Origin: Piromyces finnis finn
Taxonomy: Eukaryota; Fungi; Neocallimastigomycota
Assembly (NCBI GenBank): GCA_002104945.1
Contig: MCFH01000015.1
Span: forward strand, 186,001 to 250,000
Length of the DNA stretch: 64,000 nucleotides
Reading direction: 5' to 3'
Positions 26,576 to 39,259 of the stretch are shown one piece after another. Position 1 is the first letter of the stretch. Each line of letters starts with the position of its first letter. Both the position numbers and the translations under genes were made by a program. The notes under the pieces were generated by a model. That model was not told where the DNA came from and searched no databases. It saw only the letters and a program-made list of their open reading frames with translations.

Positions 26576-27383
26576 TTAATTGTAATTATTTTTTTTTTCA
26601 CTTTTAATTTTTTTTCTTTTCTGTTGTTGAGTGGTTCCTTTTTCTTTTTTTACTGATGAGGAGGAAGATGAAGAAGGTCTTCTATTGATATTATTTAATA
26701 TTGTATTATTTGAGGAGGAGGAGGAGGAAGAAGAAGTCATATTTTGAAAATTTGAATGATTATAATTATTATTATTTCCTGATGTTACCTCGGAGTATTC
26801 TCTTTTACGGTGAAGAAAGTCAACGATAGTTTTTTTCCCTTTATTCTGAAATATACCAATTTTTATTTTATTTTTATTTTTTTTAAAAAGGAAATAATAA
26901 ACCATACAATTTATATTTTAATACCTATTTTATATATGAAAAATTTTAAAAAAAATTCTACATTTATTTAAAAAATACCTTTGGATTATCTATTTTTTCA
27001 CGTTGCCTTACTAATTGGCGCATAATAGGATCTTCATTATCATGTTTTATAACTATTAAAGATTTTTTTTTTTTATTTTTTTTTTTATTTTTTAAAAAAA
27101 AGAATTAAAATAATTTAGCAAATAAATTTTGAGAAATTAAAAAAAAAAATAATCTAACACTTTGAAAATAAATTATTGATGAAAAAAAAAAAAAAAAAAA
27201 ATAGATTATAAAAGCATAATACATAATACATAATACATATATAAAAGGTGACTATTTACAAATATAATTTTGTCTATCATCTTTTGGATATACTTGTTTT
27301 AAAGGAAAACCTTTTGAAAAGTTACATTCTACATTTTTAAAATTATTTTTATCTGATACGGGTAGATTAGCTAGATATTGCAT
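26576..27383 (-). CDS. Small multi-exon protein resembling DDA1 (DET1- and DDB1-associated protein 1), with a low-complexity tail
   Basis: Exons 27383-27260 and 27052 to ~26979, plus an exon within ORF 26576-26905, give MQYLANLPVSDKK...QVYPKDDRQNYIFIKHDNEDPIMRQLVRQREKI. This resembles the remembered DDA1 motifs FLKGLPVYNK and VYLPT...IIVTEKTNILLRYLHQQW. The 3' end is uncertain. Confidence 0.55.
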
Positions 27384-28646
27384 TTTAACCTTGATTATTA
27401 TATATTGTATAAAATTGAAATTATATTTTTTTTTTTTTGATAGGATTTAAGTAGATTTAATTAATTGTTGAGAAAGAATACTATATTGATATATGTATGA
27501 TATGTTTATATTATATATATATATATATATATTTTTTTGTTTTAAATTTTCTTCTTTTTGTATTAATGAATCATTTAATTGTTTAATTATAATAATTTTA
27601 TTGATTTAGTTCAAGCCAAAAAAAAAGTATTTTGTAATTTGTATAAATCTTTTCAAAGTTTTAAGTGTTGAAGTAATAAAGTAATAAATAGTATTCAAAA
27701 TCCCGTTTTTATTTCTTCTTTTTTATTAAATTAGGATAAAAAAAAAAGTATTCTTCATATCAACTTTGCTTAAAAAAAAAAAACCTATAAAAAATAAAAT
27801 AAAATAAAATTATAAAAAAATATTAAATTATATATTAAAAATTAATAAATTTTTTTTTTTTTTTTTTTGATATTTTTAATTATAAATGAAATAAAATGAA
27901 AAAAAAAAAAAACGTTTATTAGACAGGCATTGTTGGATGAACCATAAAATATTCTTTTATATATAAAATAAAATAAAATAAAAATAAAATAAAAATGGTT
28001 TAACCTTTTTTTTTTTTTAAAAGGGTAGAACATTTATTTTTTATATTTTGAAATCTGCAGCTGATAAATTAAAGCTTTTATTCTTATTATTAAATAATAG
28101 AGTTTTACAACTTTTTTTTTTCAGACATTGAGTTATATTAATTTTTTTTTTCCATGTGTGATAAATGAAAATGTGTAACTTTTTCTTAAAAATGGTAATA
28201 TTGATATTCGTTATTGATTCATGCTATCATTATTTTAAACTATACTTTCTACATATCCTTATAATTATAATTGAAACTTTTCAATTAAACCTTTCTCTAT
28301 TAAACATTAACTACACTAAATATTTTTAAGACTCTATTAGAATTCATTTATAAAAAAAAAATATAAAGGTAAAAAAAAAAAAAAAATTATAGGATAATGA
28401 ATCATAAACTTTATTTTTATAGTGTCAACCATAGCCGTTTCTATGTATCATTATGAATTAATGTATACAATGACAATTTTATTATTAAGGGCGCATAAAG
28501 AATTACACTATTTATATAATATAATTGTTATTAATAAAGGTAGGAATAACAAGTAAACAAACAAAAAATAATATTTTATAATTTTTATTTATAAATATTA
28601 TAATTATTATATAGAAAAACCTTTTCATTTTACATAATAATAAGCA

Positions 28647-28648
28647 AA

Positions 28649-28727
<79 letters not shown>

Positions 28728-28730
28728 ATA
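28647..28730 (+). repeat. (TAAA)n microsatellite
   Basis: Read directly from the sequence. Confidence 0.9.
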
Positions 28731-31468
28731 GCTAAATGAATGAATGAATGAATAACTAACTAACTAAATAAATTAAAAAATGAATTGTATATTATTGACT
28801 TTAGCATAAATATATGTTTATATTACTGTGATATATATGCTTTTTGGTTTTACGAAAAATTTTATATTCATTGTAAATTATTAAAGGTGAGGTTTATTAA
28901 TTATTCTTATAAAAAATATTTCAAATAGTTTTCCTTTTTATTAATTGAAAGTAGCTATAAATATGTGAGAACAAAGTAACAAAATTGTTAAATAGGTTAT
29001 CATGTAGAATTATTATGATAAATCAAACCATTAGTACAAATTTCATTTAGTAGTGGATTTTTTATAAAATTATTTATCATTTAGTTTTATTTTAAGAATG
29101 AATTTATAAAAAATGCTTTTTTTTTTTCTGTTTAAAATATTCTTTTCTAATGTAGTTATCCGACAAACTATTGAACTATGATGATACTAATTTTAATATC
29201 AACTTATTCTCTATTTATAAATATTAAGTATATACATTTTGATTGATTAAATTCTATATACTTTAAATATAAAAGATAAAATAGTACATCATTCTTATTT
29301 ATATACGATTATAAATAAATAAATAAAAAAAAAAAAAAAACTAGTTAATATATATAATTATTGACTATTAATGTATTCATATTCTAAAATACTTTATTTT
29401 ATATTTATTATAGATGTAATTTTTTGTTATATAATTTTATGATTATTTTTAAATTTGAAATATAAATATGAATAATAAACACTAATAATAAAAGTAATAA
29501 TATTAACATTAACAATAAAAACAACAACTATAATACCAATTATATAATTATATTATCGAAATATATATTAAGGTAATATTAGTAGTTAAAAAATATAATA
29601 TACCACAAGTTTAACTATTTTACATTTATACAATGGTCCATTTCTCCCCTCTTAACCATCAAATATCATGCATAGCATGCATAGCATGCATAGTAGTAAG
29701 CATCATTTCTTTCTCCTTTTTCAATGGTTTCAAGGCTTCTCTTTTTAATTAAAAAATGACCAAGAAATTTATATATTACAATATAATCATAATATATTAA
29801 TAATATATTGTGATTAATTTTTTTGATAAGAAAAATAAAATTGAATTAGAATTAAAAATTTTTTATTTTCTCCACACAAACAAAATTGTAAATATATACT
29901 GTTATTGTAAAATAGAGTAATGATTTGAAATATTTTATATCTATTTCACTTTTTAATAGTAATAATTCTATTTTTATTCCCTTTTCTCTTTTTTTCTATA
30001 TAAAATGATATTTTAATTAAGGCATTTGGGTTGTTGAAATAACAAAAGAGGTTAAAGTAATTTTTTTAATTTACCAGTGCCAATAAATAGAAATTAATAA
30101 TAAATTAAAAAAAAGATGATTTATTAATAAATATAAACAAAAAAACAGGAAAATTAATATATAAAATGAAACTTTAAAAATTTTAAAATTTCTGTATAAA
30201 ATGTATAATTATACTGATAAGAAATATTTTTAACCAATAACATTTCTTTGCTATATCAAATTATTTTTTTGGTTTTATGGTGATTTAAAAAAGAAAAAAG
30301 GAATAATACTTTTTTTTTTTATATTCATATTCATATTATGCCAAAAGAAAGAAAAAAGGGAATACAACCTTTGTTTATACTCATAATGTAAATTATATTC
30401 ATCTTATTAATTATTGCCAGAGTCTTGAAAAAAAAAAGTAAAGAATGAGATGAATTCAGTGTATATATTACATTAATAGTAAAATAATTACTCATAATAA
30501 TTGATCTCAACGTTTTTCCTTCAATAAATGATCCTTTTTTTTTTTCATAAAGATCAAAGAAAAGGATAAATAATCAACAAATATTATGTAATCATTGACA
30601 AATAAATTACCATATCAAAAAAAAGATTAAAATAGTTGAAAATAATAAAAAGATAATATATCAAATTAATGAATTACATAAATTCTCTACATTACATAGT
30701 GTACATAGCATTTATAGTGTACATAGTATATACATGGCTCTTTTATAATTATATATACATTCTATATAATAATACCATACCTTATATACATTACATTCAT
30801 TACATTCATTACACTACGTTTTATATATTTCGATTGATGATAAGATTTATTTTTTTACTTTACCTTGGTAATTTTTAGTTAAGGGTTAAAACATAGTCTT
30901 TTTTCAGAATTCATTTCTTATCATAAAGTAGAGTTAAAAAGATTACGATTACATTTACATTTATATTATATTATATTATAATTTATTCTATAAATATATA
31001 AATACATTAAAAAGGTATCTATTCTTTTAAGGTGAAATGACATAAACCTCTTTTTTAATAACAATTTTTTTTTTGTTTTTCCACAATGCTAATCGTCAAT
31101 GAGAATGGTCCGATACTATGGAAAAACATAAAATTAAGGAGAAATAGTTTTATTTCTAATTACTTTTTTTTTTTTAATGATAAAGTTTAATAATTTCATA
31201 TTTAGCTTTTTCTTATAACTCTATTGTACATTTTATCCTATCCTATCATGTAGATTATGTAAAAAGAAGAAAATCTATTGAATATAACTTTCTTTTTTTA
31301 TTCATCAAAATACATTACGTAATATTATCATAATTGTACATCTTATGAATTATATGTAATGTATTAATTTAGTTATTTCTAGATAACAATTTAGTATATG
31401 AAAATCAAGAAAATGAAAAAAGAATACTAGTATTTATTTTTATTCTATTCTATTCTACTCTATTAATT

Positions 31469-31633
31469 TATTTATACTATAACACAATGCCATACTAAAA
31501 TGTTGTGGATGTATTTATACTATAACACAATTCCATACTAAAATGTTGTGGATGTATTTATATTATAACACAATGCCATACTAAAATGTTATTAATTTAT
31601 CTATATTATAACACAATGTCATACTAGAATGTT
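31469..31633. repeat. 43-bp minisatellite, 4 copies
   Basis: Unit TATTTATACTATAACACAATGCCATACTAAAATGTTGTGGATG starts at 31469, 31512, 31555 and 31598; the last two are degenerate. Confidence 0.9.
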
Positions 31634-32029
31634 AAAGGTTTGAATTATTATGTATTATATATGTTGTTATTCTATATAGTGATATAATAGTGACTTGGTG
31701 ATCATGGTGGTTAATTTTACTATTAAAAATTTTTTTTTAAAATTTATATTATTATATATTAATTATTACCATATATGGAAATCATAACAAATTAAATTAA
31801 CTGAGAAATAAAATTAATTTTGATTAACCAATAAAATTTATTGAAATTTAAATTAAAATTTTGTTTTGGTGGTATATCCTAACTTTATTTATTATTCTTT
31901 TTTAACCTGCTTTTATGGTGCCATAACTCTTTATCTTTTTTACCTATGAGATAGCTGATATATTTCCTTTTTTTAACAATGATTAGATATATAATGTATG
32001 TATTTTATGTAGAGCAACTATTGTAAATG

Positions 32030-32275
32030 ATGTATATATTGTAACTATTATTGTAGATGATGTAGTTGTATATGTTATATATTGTAATTGTTATTGTAAC
32101 TATTATTATAACTGTTATTGTAATTGTTATTGTAATTGTTATTGTAACTATTATTATAACTGTTATTATAACTGTTATTGTAATTGTTATTGTAATTGTT
32201 ATCGTAACCATTATTATAACTGTTGTTATTGTAATTGTTGTTATAATTGTTATTGCTGTGATTGTATTGAATTTT
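32030..32275. repeat. Cryptic trinucleotide/hexanucleotide low-complexity repeat (GTAATT/GTTATT/ATTATA)
   Basis: Read directly; it produces the spurious V/I-rich and T/I-rich ORFs 32005-32211 and 32066-32287. Confidence 0.85.
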
Positions 32276-33381
32276 AAGTTATCTTAAAGCGATATCACTC
32301 TATTACTAATACTTTTTTTTTAAAAAATAATGTTGGCTATTCATACTATTTAATTAAAAGATTTTTTTTTATTTATATTATATTATAATTTATTAAATTA
32401 TATATACCAATTTTAAATATAATTTAAAAGGATTATTGATAAAGAAAGAAAAAGTTTAAATTGACTTTTTGAAGTCATAAGATGTAAAAAAATACTTTTA
32501 AAAAACATTGATCAAGATAAAGGAAGTTCTTTTTTCTTTTTTGTAAAGTTGTCAAATGAACATTGCATTTTTATAAAGTTTTTCATGCACTTTTTTTTTT
32601 TAAAAAAAAGGTAATTATTGACCTTGATCATTCTACTTTTTTTTTCTTTTCCTTTTTTTCTTAAAAAAAGTATATGTACTATAATCATGATATATTTAAT
32701 TAATTATATCAGCATTATTAATTATTTAATTGATAATAGTTTTATTAATTTTTTAAAAAAAAAGAATTACTAATAAAAAAAAAAGACAATGAATTATTAC
32801 CAATTGTAACATTTAAATGGATACATATATTATGAATAACTATATTATATATGAATCAATTTAAATTTACATATATTATGTCATTAGGTAAATAAAAAGG
32901 AATATAGTATTATGAATATTATCAACAAAATAAATTAATATTCATGAGACTTGGAAAAATAAATATATAATTGATAATGATATCAATATTTATTAAAGTT
33001 TTTGATAACATTAAAATTAAATGATAAAATTTTTATTAAATTTATTTATATATTATCAATATAAATAATATATGAAATAATATATTGTAAATGCTATTTA
33101 AATCTTTATCAAAATTTTAAAAATTTTTTTAGATAAAGATTAAACTTTTAAAATTGAAAAAAATATAAATAGCACAACATGGTACTTTTTGAAATTTTAA
33201 TTTTTAGTTTTATTATTTATAATAATTAAATTAAAATAAACAATAATTGTTAAGTCTATTCGTTTTTTAAAAAAAAACAATTTTAAAAAATAAAAAAGAT
33301 TATTCGTAAAAAAGTTAAAAAATAATTTACTTTTTCATATCAAATTTTAATATCAATCAATTAAATTATAAATAAATAAAA

Positions 33382-33768
33382 ATGTCTACAACTACTGCTA
33401 CTCGTCAATACCGTCGCGTCATCCCAATGTTAATGCGTCTTAAGAGAGAACCATCATGTAAAAACATGACTTTCCAACCACAAACTCCATTCCCAAATGC
33501 TGAAATGGTTCTTAAGAAAATGAAGAGTGAAGGAAATCAAAGTCCAAGTGCTCAAGATCTTGCTAGTGCTTTATTTAATGAATGTAATAGTTGGTTAAAA
33601 GCTAATGGATTCAAACCATTTGTTCCAAGTCAGAATCTTGGTTGGACTTTAAAAGATGGTGTCATCTCACGTCCAGGTGCCAAGGTTCGTTTTGATGCTA
33701 AATCTATTACTAGACAACAATCTGCTGCTAGAATTTTAAATGAAACTATTCAACAGGAAAGTGCTTAA
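33382..33768 (+). CDS. Uncharacterised small basic protein, paralog 1 of 3 (128 aa, intronless)
   Basis: AAAAATG start context, preferred codons (CGT, ATC, TTC, AAC), and conservation with two downstream paralogs including many synonymous differences. Confidence 0.9.
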   Translation: MSTTTATRQYRRVIPMLMRLKREPSCKNMTFQPQTPFPNAEMVLKKMKSEGNQSPSAQDLASALFNECNSWLKANGFKPFVPSQNLGWTLKDGVISRPGAKVRFDAKSITRQQSAARILNETIQQESA

Positions 33769-34164
33769 ATGCCTTTAAATTTTTATAAATAGTATTGGTT
33801 TTATTTTATCTATTTGTTGAAAAATAAACGACAAATGATAATGGTTTTTTAGAATATTAATTATTATATAAAATTAATAATTAAAATGGGATGAAAGGGA
33901 AATTTCTATACATTAACTGTAAAAAGTATAGAACTATTTTTTTAAACTCTTTTTTAAAAATAAGAGAAAAAATTGTTAATTTTCACTAAAAGTGAAATTT
34001 TTTTAAATATATATATTTAAAAAACAATATCCTAAATTCATAGAATAACAAAAAAACTATCTTTTTTGTAAAATAAGCTAAAAAAAAAGCAAAATAATTA
34101 ATAAAATTTTGAATAATTAAACATAAAATAAAAAATTCTTTTTGGATTATAAGGTGTTAAGTTT

Positions 34165-34285
34165 TATTATTATTCTAATTATTATTCTAATTATTATTCT
34201 AATTATTATTCTAATTATTATTCTAATTATTATTCTAATTATTATTCTAATTATTATTCTAATTATTATTCTAATTATTATTCTA

Positions 34286-34347
<62 letters not shown>

Positions 34348-34400
34348 TATTATTACTATTATTATTATTATTATTATTATTCTAATTATTATTATTATTA
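34165..34400. repeat. (ATTATTCTAATT)n / (ATT)n simple repeat
   Basis: Read directly; it produces the spurious poly-Ile ORF 34142-34447. Confidence 0.9.
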
Positions 34401-35823
34401 TATATTTTTGTAGTATTAGTAGTATTAGTATTATATTTAAATTTTAGCAATTTTTTTATTGTTATTGCTTTGTTGGGAAAGTAACACGTATCGTTGTTAT
34501 AAAAAAAATAATATTTAGTGGTGTGATGATAAATATCTTTGCTATCAATTTTTAATTGTTTATCTTTATTGATAAAAAAAAACCAATGGTGCTCATAATT
34601 TTGATAAATGTAATGTAATATAAATGTATACAAAACGTAATTCATATCAATTTTTTAAAATGACGGATAAGAATTTTATCAATTTTTAAAATTCTTATCT
34701 AAATTAATTTATTTAATTAGTTAATTATTCATTCATTTATTTTCATTTTATTATAAAATAAAATTATAAAATTAATTATTACCATATTTAGAAATTTATC
34801 TAATTAAAAAAATAATTTTACAGAAATTTTTTTAAAATGTTTATTTTTAAAAAACAATATTTTGTAAAGAAAAATAATACAATATTTTAAATGAGAAAGG
34901 TATAAAACTTTTTTTAATATCAACATTAAACATTATACTTGAGAAATAATAAATAGTATAAACTTATTATTCTTTTTTTAATATTAAAAAAAATTTTATT
35001 TAATACAAAAACAATGAATAAAACTATTGAATAAAACTAAATAAAGTAGTTTTTCCTTTTTTTTTCCTTTTTTTTTATTTCTGTATATTGAATAAAGAAT
35101 GGATGAAAAGAAGATTTATTTCATTTATTTTCTGTTTATTTTTATTTATTATTTTCATTCTTTGGAGGTGTTAAGTTCATGTCAATTTATAAATTGTTAT
35201 TTTATGACATGTTATATTCACTTCTAATCGTAACAATAAACAGTTTTTCATTATTGACTGGAAAAATATAAATAATATAAAGAATAATTATTTATTATAA
35301 ATAAAAGTTTTTATTTAACGTGTACTGGTGTTTTGTTTGCCTTTTGTTTATATAAATAGAAATAAAAATAAAAAAATAAAAATCCACCAGAAAATCTTTT
35401 TTTTTAAAAAGATCAAAAAAAAGTGATAAACTAATTTATAATAAATTTAATTTAAATTGAAGGTATAATATATTAAATATATCCAATTAATTTAATTGAT
35501 TATACTCTTAATATATTCAAAATAGAATGTTTTTTTTTTTGATAACAACAGAGACAATAATAAATTACTGATTAAATTCTAAATATAAATTAATATATTG
35601 ATAAGTGTAATTTGATAATATAATAAAATTCAATGGCTGTCAAATTTATCATTCAAGATGCTCGATTTTAGGAAGAATATAAATATAAAGGGAAAAGTCA
35701 ACTTTTTTTTTTTTTCAACATCAGATTTATTCTTTTAATTCTTTATAAAAGAAATTAACTATCTAACTCTTTTTATAAATTAATAAAAAGTATATATATT
35801 AAACTTTTATTTATTTAAAAAAA

Positions 35824-36207
35824 ATGTCTACAACTCGTCAATACCGTCATGTTATTCCAATGTTGATGCGTTTCAAAAGAGAACCATCATGTAAAAATAT
35901 GGCAATTAAGCCACAAACACCATTTCCAAATGCTGATATGGTACTTAAAAAAATGAAGAGTGAAGGAAATCAAAGTCCAAGTGCTCAAGATCTTGCTAGT
36001 GCTTTATTTAATGAATGTAATAAATGGTTAAAAGCTAATGGATTCAAACCATTTATACCAAGTCAAGATCTTGGTTGGACATTAAAAGATGGTGTTATTT
36101 CACGTCCAGGTGCTAAAGTTTGTTTTGATTCAAAATCAATTATTAGACAGCAATCTGCTGCAAGAGTTTTATCCGATACCATTAAACATAGCAATGCACA
36201 AATATAA
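35824..36207 (+). CDS. Uncharacterised small basic protein, paralog 2 of 3 (127 aa)
   Basis: About 84% amino-acid identity to paralog 1 by hand count; intact ORF. Confidence 0.9.
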   Translation: MSTTRQYRHVIPMLMRFKREPSCKNMAIKPQTPFPNADMVLKKMKSEGNQSPSAQDLASALFNECNKWLKANGFKPFIPSQDLGWTLKDGVISRPGAKVCFDSKSIIRQQSAARVLSDTIKHSNAQI

Positions 36208-38863
36208 ATAAGGAAAATAATAAAACAATTCTATACCTATTCTGTTTTTGTTTTTAATTTATTTATGATAAATTATATATTATACAATTAAAAAAAATAT
36301 GTATAAAAATAATTTATATATACGGTTTGGATTTAATTATTTCTTAAAAAGAAAGATGCACTGTTGGAAAAAGTAATTATGAATACAAAAAAAGGATTTT
36401 TTTTTTCTAATAGTACTAAAAACTATTAAAAAAAGAAAGAAATATATATTTTATTAAAAAAAAAAAAAAAAAAAAACTCCAATAAAATATAGGAGTTGAT
36501 ATCATTTCAAAATGAAATTAATGTGTTAATAAACAGGACATAAAAACGTGTTTATTAAACAATGAATTAAAAAATCTAATACACTTTTATATACCCAATA
36601 AAAAAAATAGTTATACCATGGATTATAAATAATATAAATAATATTTTATTAAAATAAAAGCTAAGACAGTTAAAGCTAATTAATAAAATAATAGAAAAAT
36701 AAAATAATAAAAATGTAATATAAAAAAGTTAAAAATAAAAAATGTAAAATAACAAATAAATTATTTTATTCCTTTTCTAAGGGATAAACTTTTATTTTTT
36801 TATATAAAGTGTAATCATCGTGATTTAAACTTTTCATTTGTAAAAATATACAAAGTTTTATAAAAAAAAAAAAAAAAGTGCTTAGCATTTTTAATTAGTA
36901 TTTTAATTTTGAAATTTGGATATAAACTTTTATAGAAAGATTTAATAGTTCAGAAAAAGATTATCTTCACATTTAGTATAAATGCATTGTGTGTCATTCA
37001 TAACACACATTTATACTAAATGCATTGTGTGTCATTTACAACACACAATACATTGGTAAAAATTTTGATATTCAACTAGTTTTTTTTTTTTTATTTATTT
37101 CATTATTAAAATATTGTTTTTGATAAACGTACTAAAATTTGTGCACTTTATAGTAAAAAGACTGCCAATAGAAATAAGTCATTTATATAAATATATGGAA
37201 TTGAATCAGAAATCATATATATTGAAAACACTAAATTATAATTATTAATAACTATTAATAGTTAGATATTTATTTAATATTTAGGTATTTATTAACGTTA
37301 TCAATATAAATAAAAATAAAAATACATTACATTGTGTTTTTTTTTCATTATTATATTGTAAGAGAATAATAAATGTTCATCTCTCTTTTAGTATAAAAAA
37401 AAAAAAATAGTTATTCCATTAATCATCGTAGTATGAAGTATTATTTTAAAAGAAGTATAAATCATTTTTAACCTTAATTTTATTTTTAATGTAAAAGAAA
37501 GTTTTATAAATGAAAAGAAAATACAATTAAATTATCATACTATTGATGATGAAACTAAAAAAAAAAAAAAGAATGTAATATATACAATTTATTGTTACTA
37601 TTTTGATTTTTATTAAGCGCCCTATACAAATACATTAATGAATTCATTCTATAATAATTAAAAAAAAAAAAAAAAGTGATTTATGTATTAAATAAAATAA
37701 TGTAAAATATAATTAATTTTATCATATAATAGATCCATTGATCTATTGAGCTTATTCCTTTCTTATAATATTTTTATTGAGGATAACATGAATGACATGT
37801 AATGAAGTTATACAGGTAAAATTATTTAATAATGAAAACTAGGACTAATTCAATAATATATATAAATGATATTCACTCCTATTAAAAATATTATGGTATT
37901 CTAAAATAAAAGTGTAAAAAATCTGTTTTTTTATTATTTCACAGGTTTTTTCCAATTTAAATATTTGACATTCCTTTTAAAATATACCATTAATACTTTT
38001 CTATTTACCATTCTATGGATAGTTCATTTTTATAAATGATTAAATTTATTTATTTATTGTTTATTCATTCACTTACTTTATATATTTATATATATTTATT
38101 TATTATTTATTTATTCATTTATTTACTAAATTGGATTTTAATTCATTTTCCTATTATTAGAATAGTTTGTTGATAATAGTTATTTAAACAGTAAATATAT
38201 TATAATATATTAAAATTAATTAATTAATATATAATAAAATGTGATAAATTAACCACAAAACCTAACCCTCAATCCTTTTATTCCTTTCAAAGATTTCTAG
38301 TAAAAATAAATTTTTGATAACAAAATTTTCAGGGTAGCCCTTTGAAAGATAAATTTTTTAATTTCTATTCATAATATATTACATTATATTGTAATATATC
38401 AATTTTTAAATTAATAGAGTTTAGGCAAGTTTTAATAAAAAAATATAAAAGTTCAAAACTTTCTTTTTTTTTTTTTTTTCTTTCTTTCTTTTATACTTTT
38501 TATTGTTTTTTTTTTTTCTTCTCTCTTTTTTTCTTCTTTTTTTTGAAAATTTATTAATCTAATTTTTTTGTATATTTTGGGTAATACTCAAGGAAGAACT
38601 AAACTTTTTATTCAATATCCATTTTCTATAAAGAAAGAAGGAAAAATTAAAAAAAAAAAAAGGGAATATATTTATTCAAAAAAGTGTAGTTATTTTATTT
38701 AAAAAAAAAAAGTCTGGTCTACCATTTATTTCTAATAAAGAAGAAAATAAAAAAAAAAAGATAATTATTTAAATAGATAAATATTAAAAAGAAAAAACCA
38801 AATATATCAACCAATTTATTATATACGACCATATTTTATAGTATTAACGAAAAAAAAAAAAAA

Positions 38864-39259
38864 ATGCCTTCAAGTAAAGCAACTACTCGTAAATACCGTC
38901 ATCCAATTCCAACTATGATGCGTCTTAAAAGAGAGCCATCTTGTAAAAACATGACTTTTAAACCACAAACACCTTTTCCAAATGCAGAAATTGTTCTTAA
39001 AAAAATGAAAAGTGAAGGAAATATGAATCCAAGTACTCAAGACCTTGCTAACGCTTTATTTAATGAATGTAATAAATGGTTAAAGGAAAATGGATTTAAA
39101 GAGTTTGTTCCAAGTCAAGATCTAGGATGGACTTTAAAAGATGGTGTTATATCTCGTCCAGGAGCTAAAGTTTGCTTTGATGCAAGATCTATTAGTAGAC
39201 AACAATCAGCTCATAGAATATTATCTGAAACGATTAAAAATGAAAATAATCAGATATAA
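38864..39259 (+). CDS. Uncharacterised small basic protein, paralog 3 of 3 (131 aa)
   Basis: Shares KREPSCKNM, PQTPFPNA, ALFNECNKWLK and LGWTLKDGVISRPGAKV with the other two copies. Confidence 0.9.
   Translation: MPSSKATTRKYRHPIPTMMRLKREPSCKNMTFKPQTPFPNAEIVLKKMKSEGNMNPSTQDLANALFNECNKWLKENGFKEFVPSQDLGWTLKDGVISRPGAKVCFDARSISRQQSAHRILSETIKNENNQI

Noticed and set aside
31469-31633. Possible CRISPR-like array (also considered for the 48-bp and 63-bp repeats)
   Set aside because: The units are contiguous tandem repeats with no unique spacers, the context is eukaryotic, and there are no cas genes.
32005-34645. Poly-Ile/Val/Thr ORFs (32005-32287, 34142-34447); likewise 40858-41151, 51411-51899 and 63250-63610
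   Set aside because: They are translations of simple trinucleotide repeats or the antisense of Asn-rich exons.
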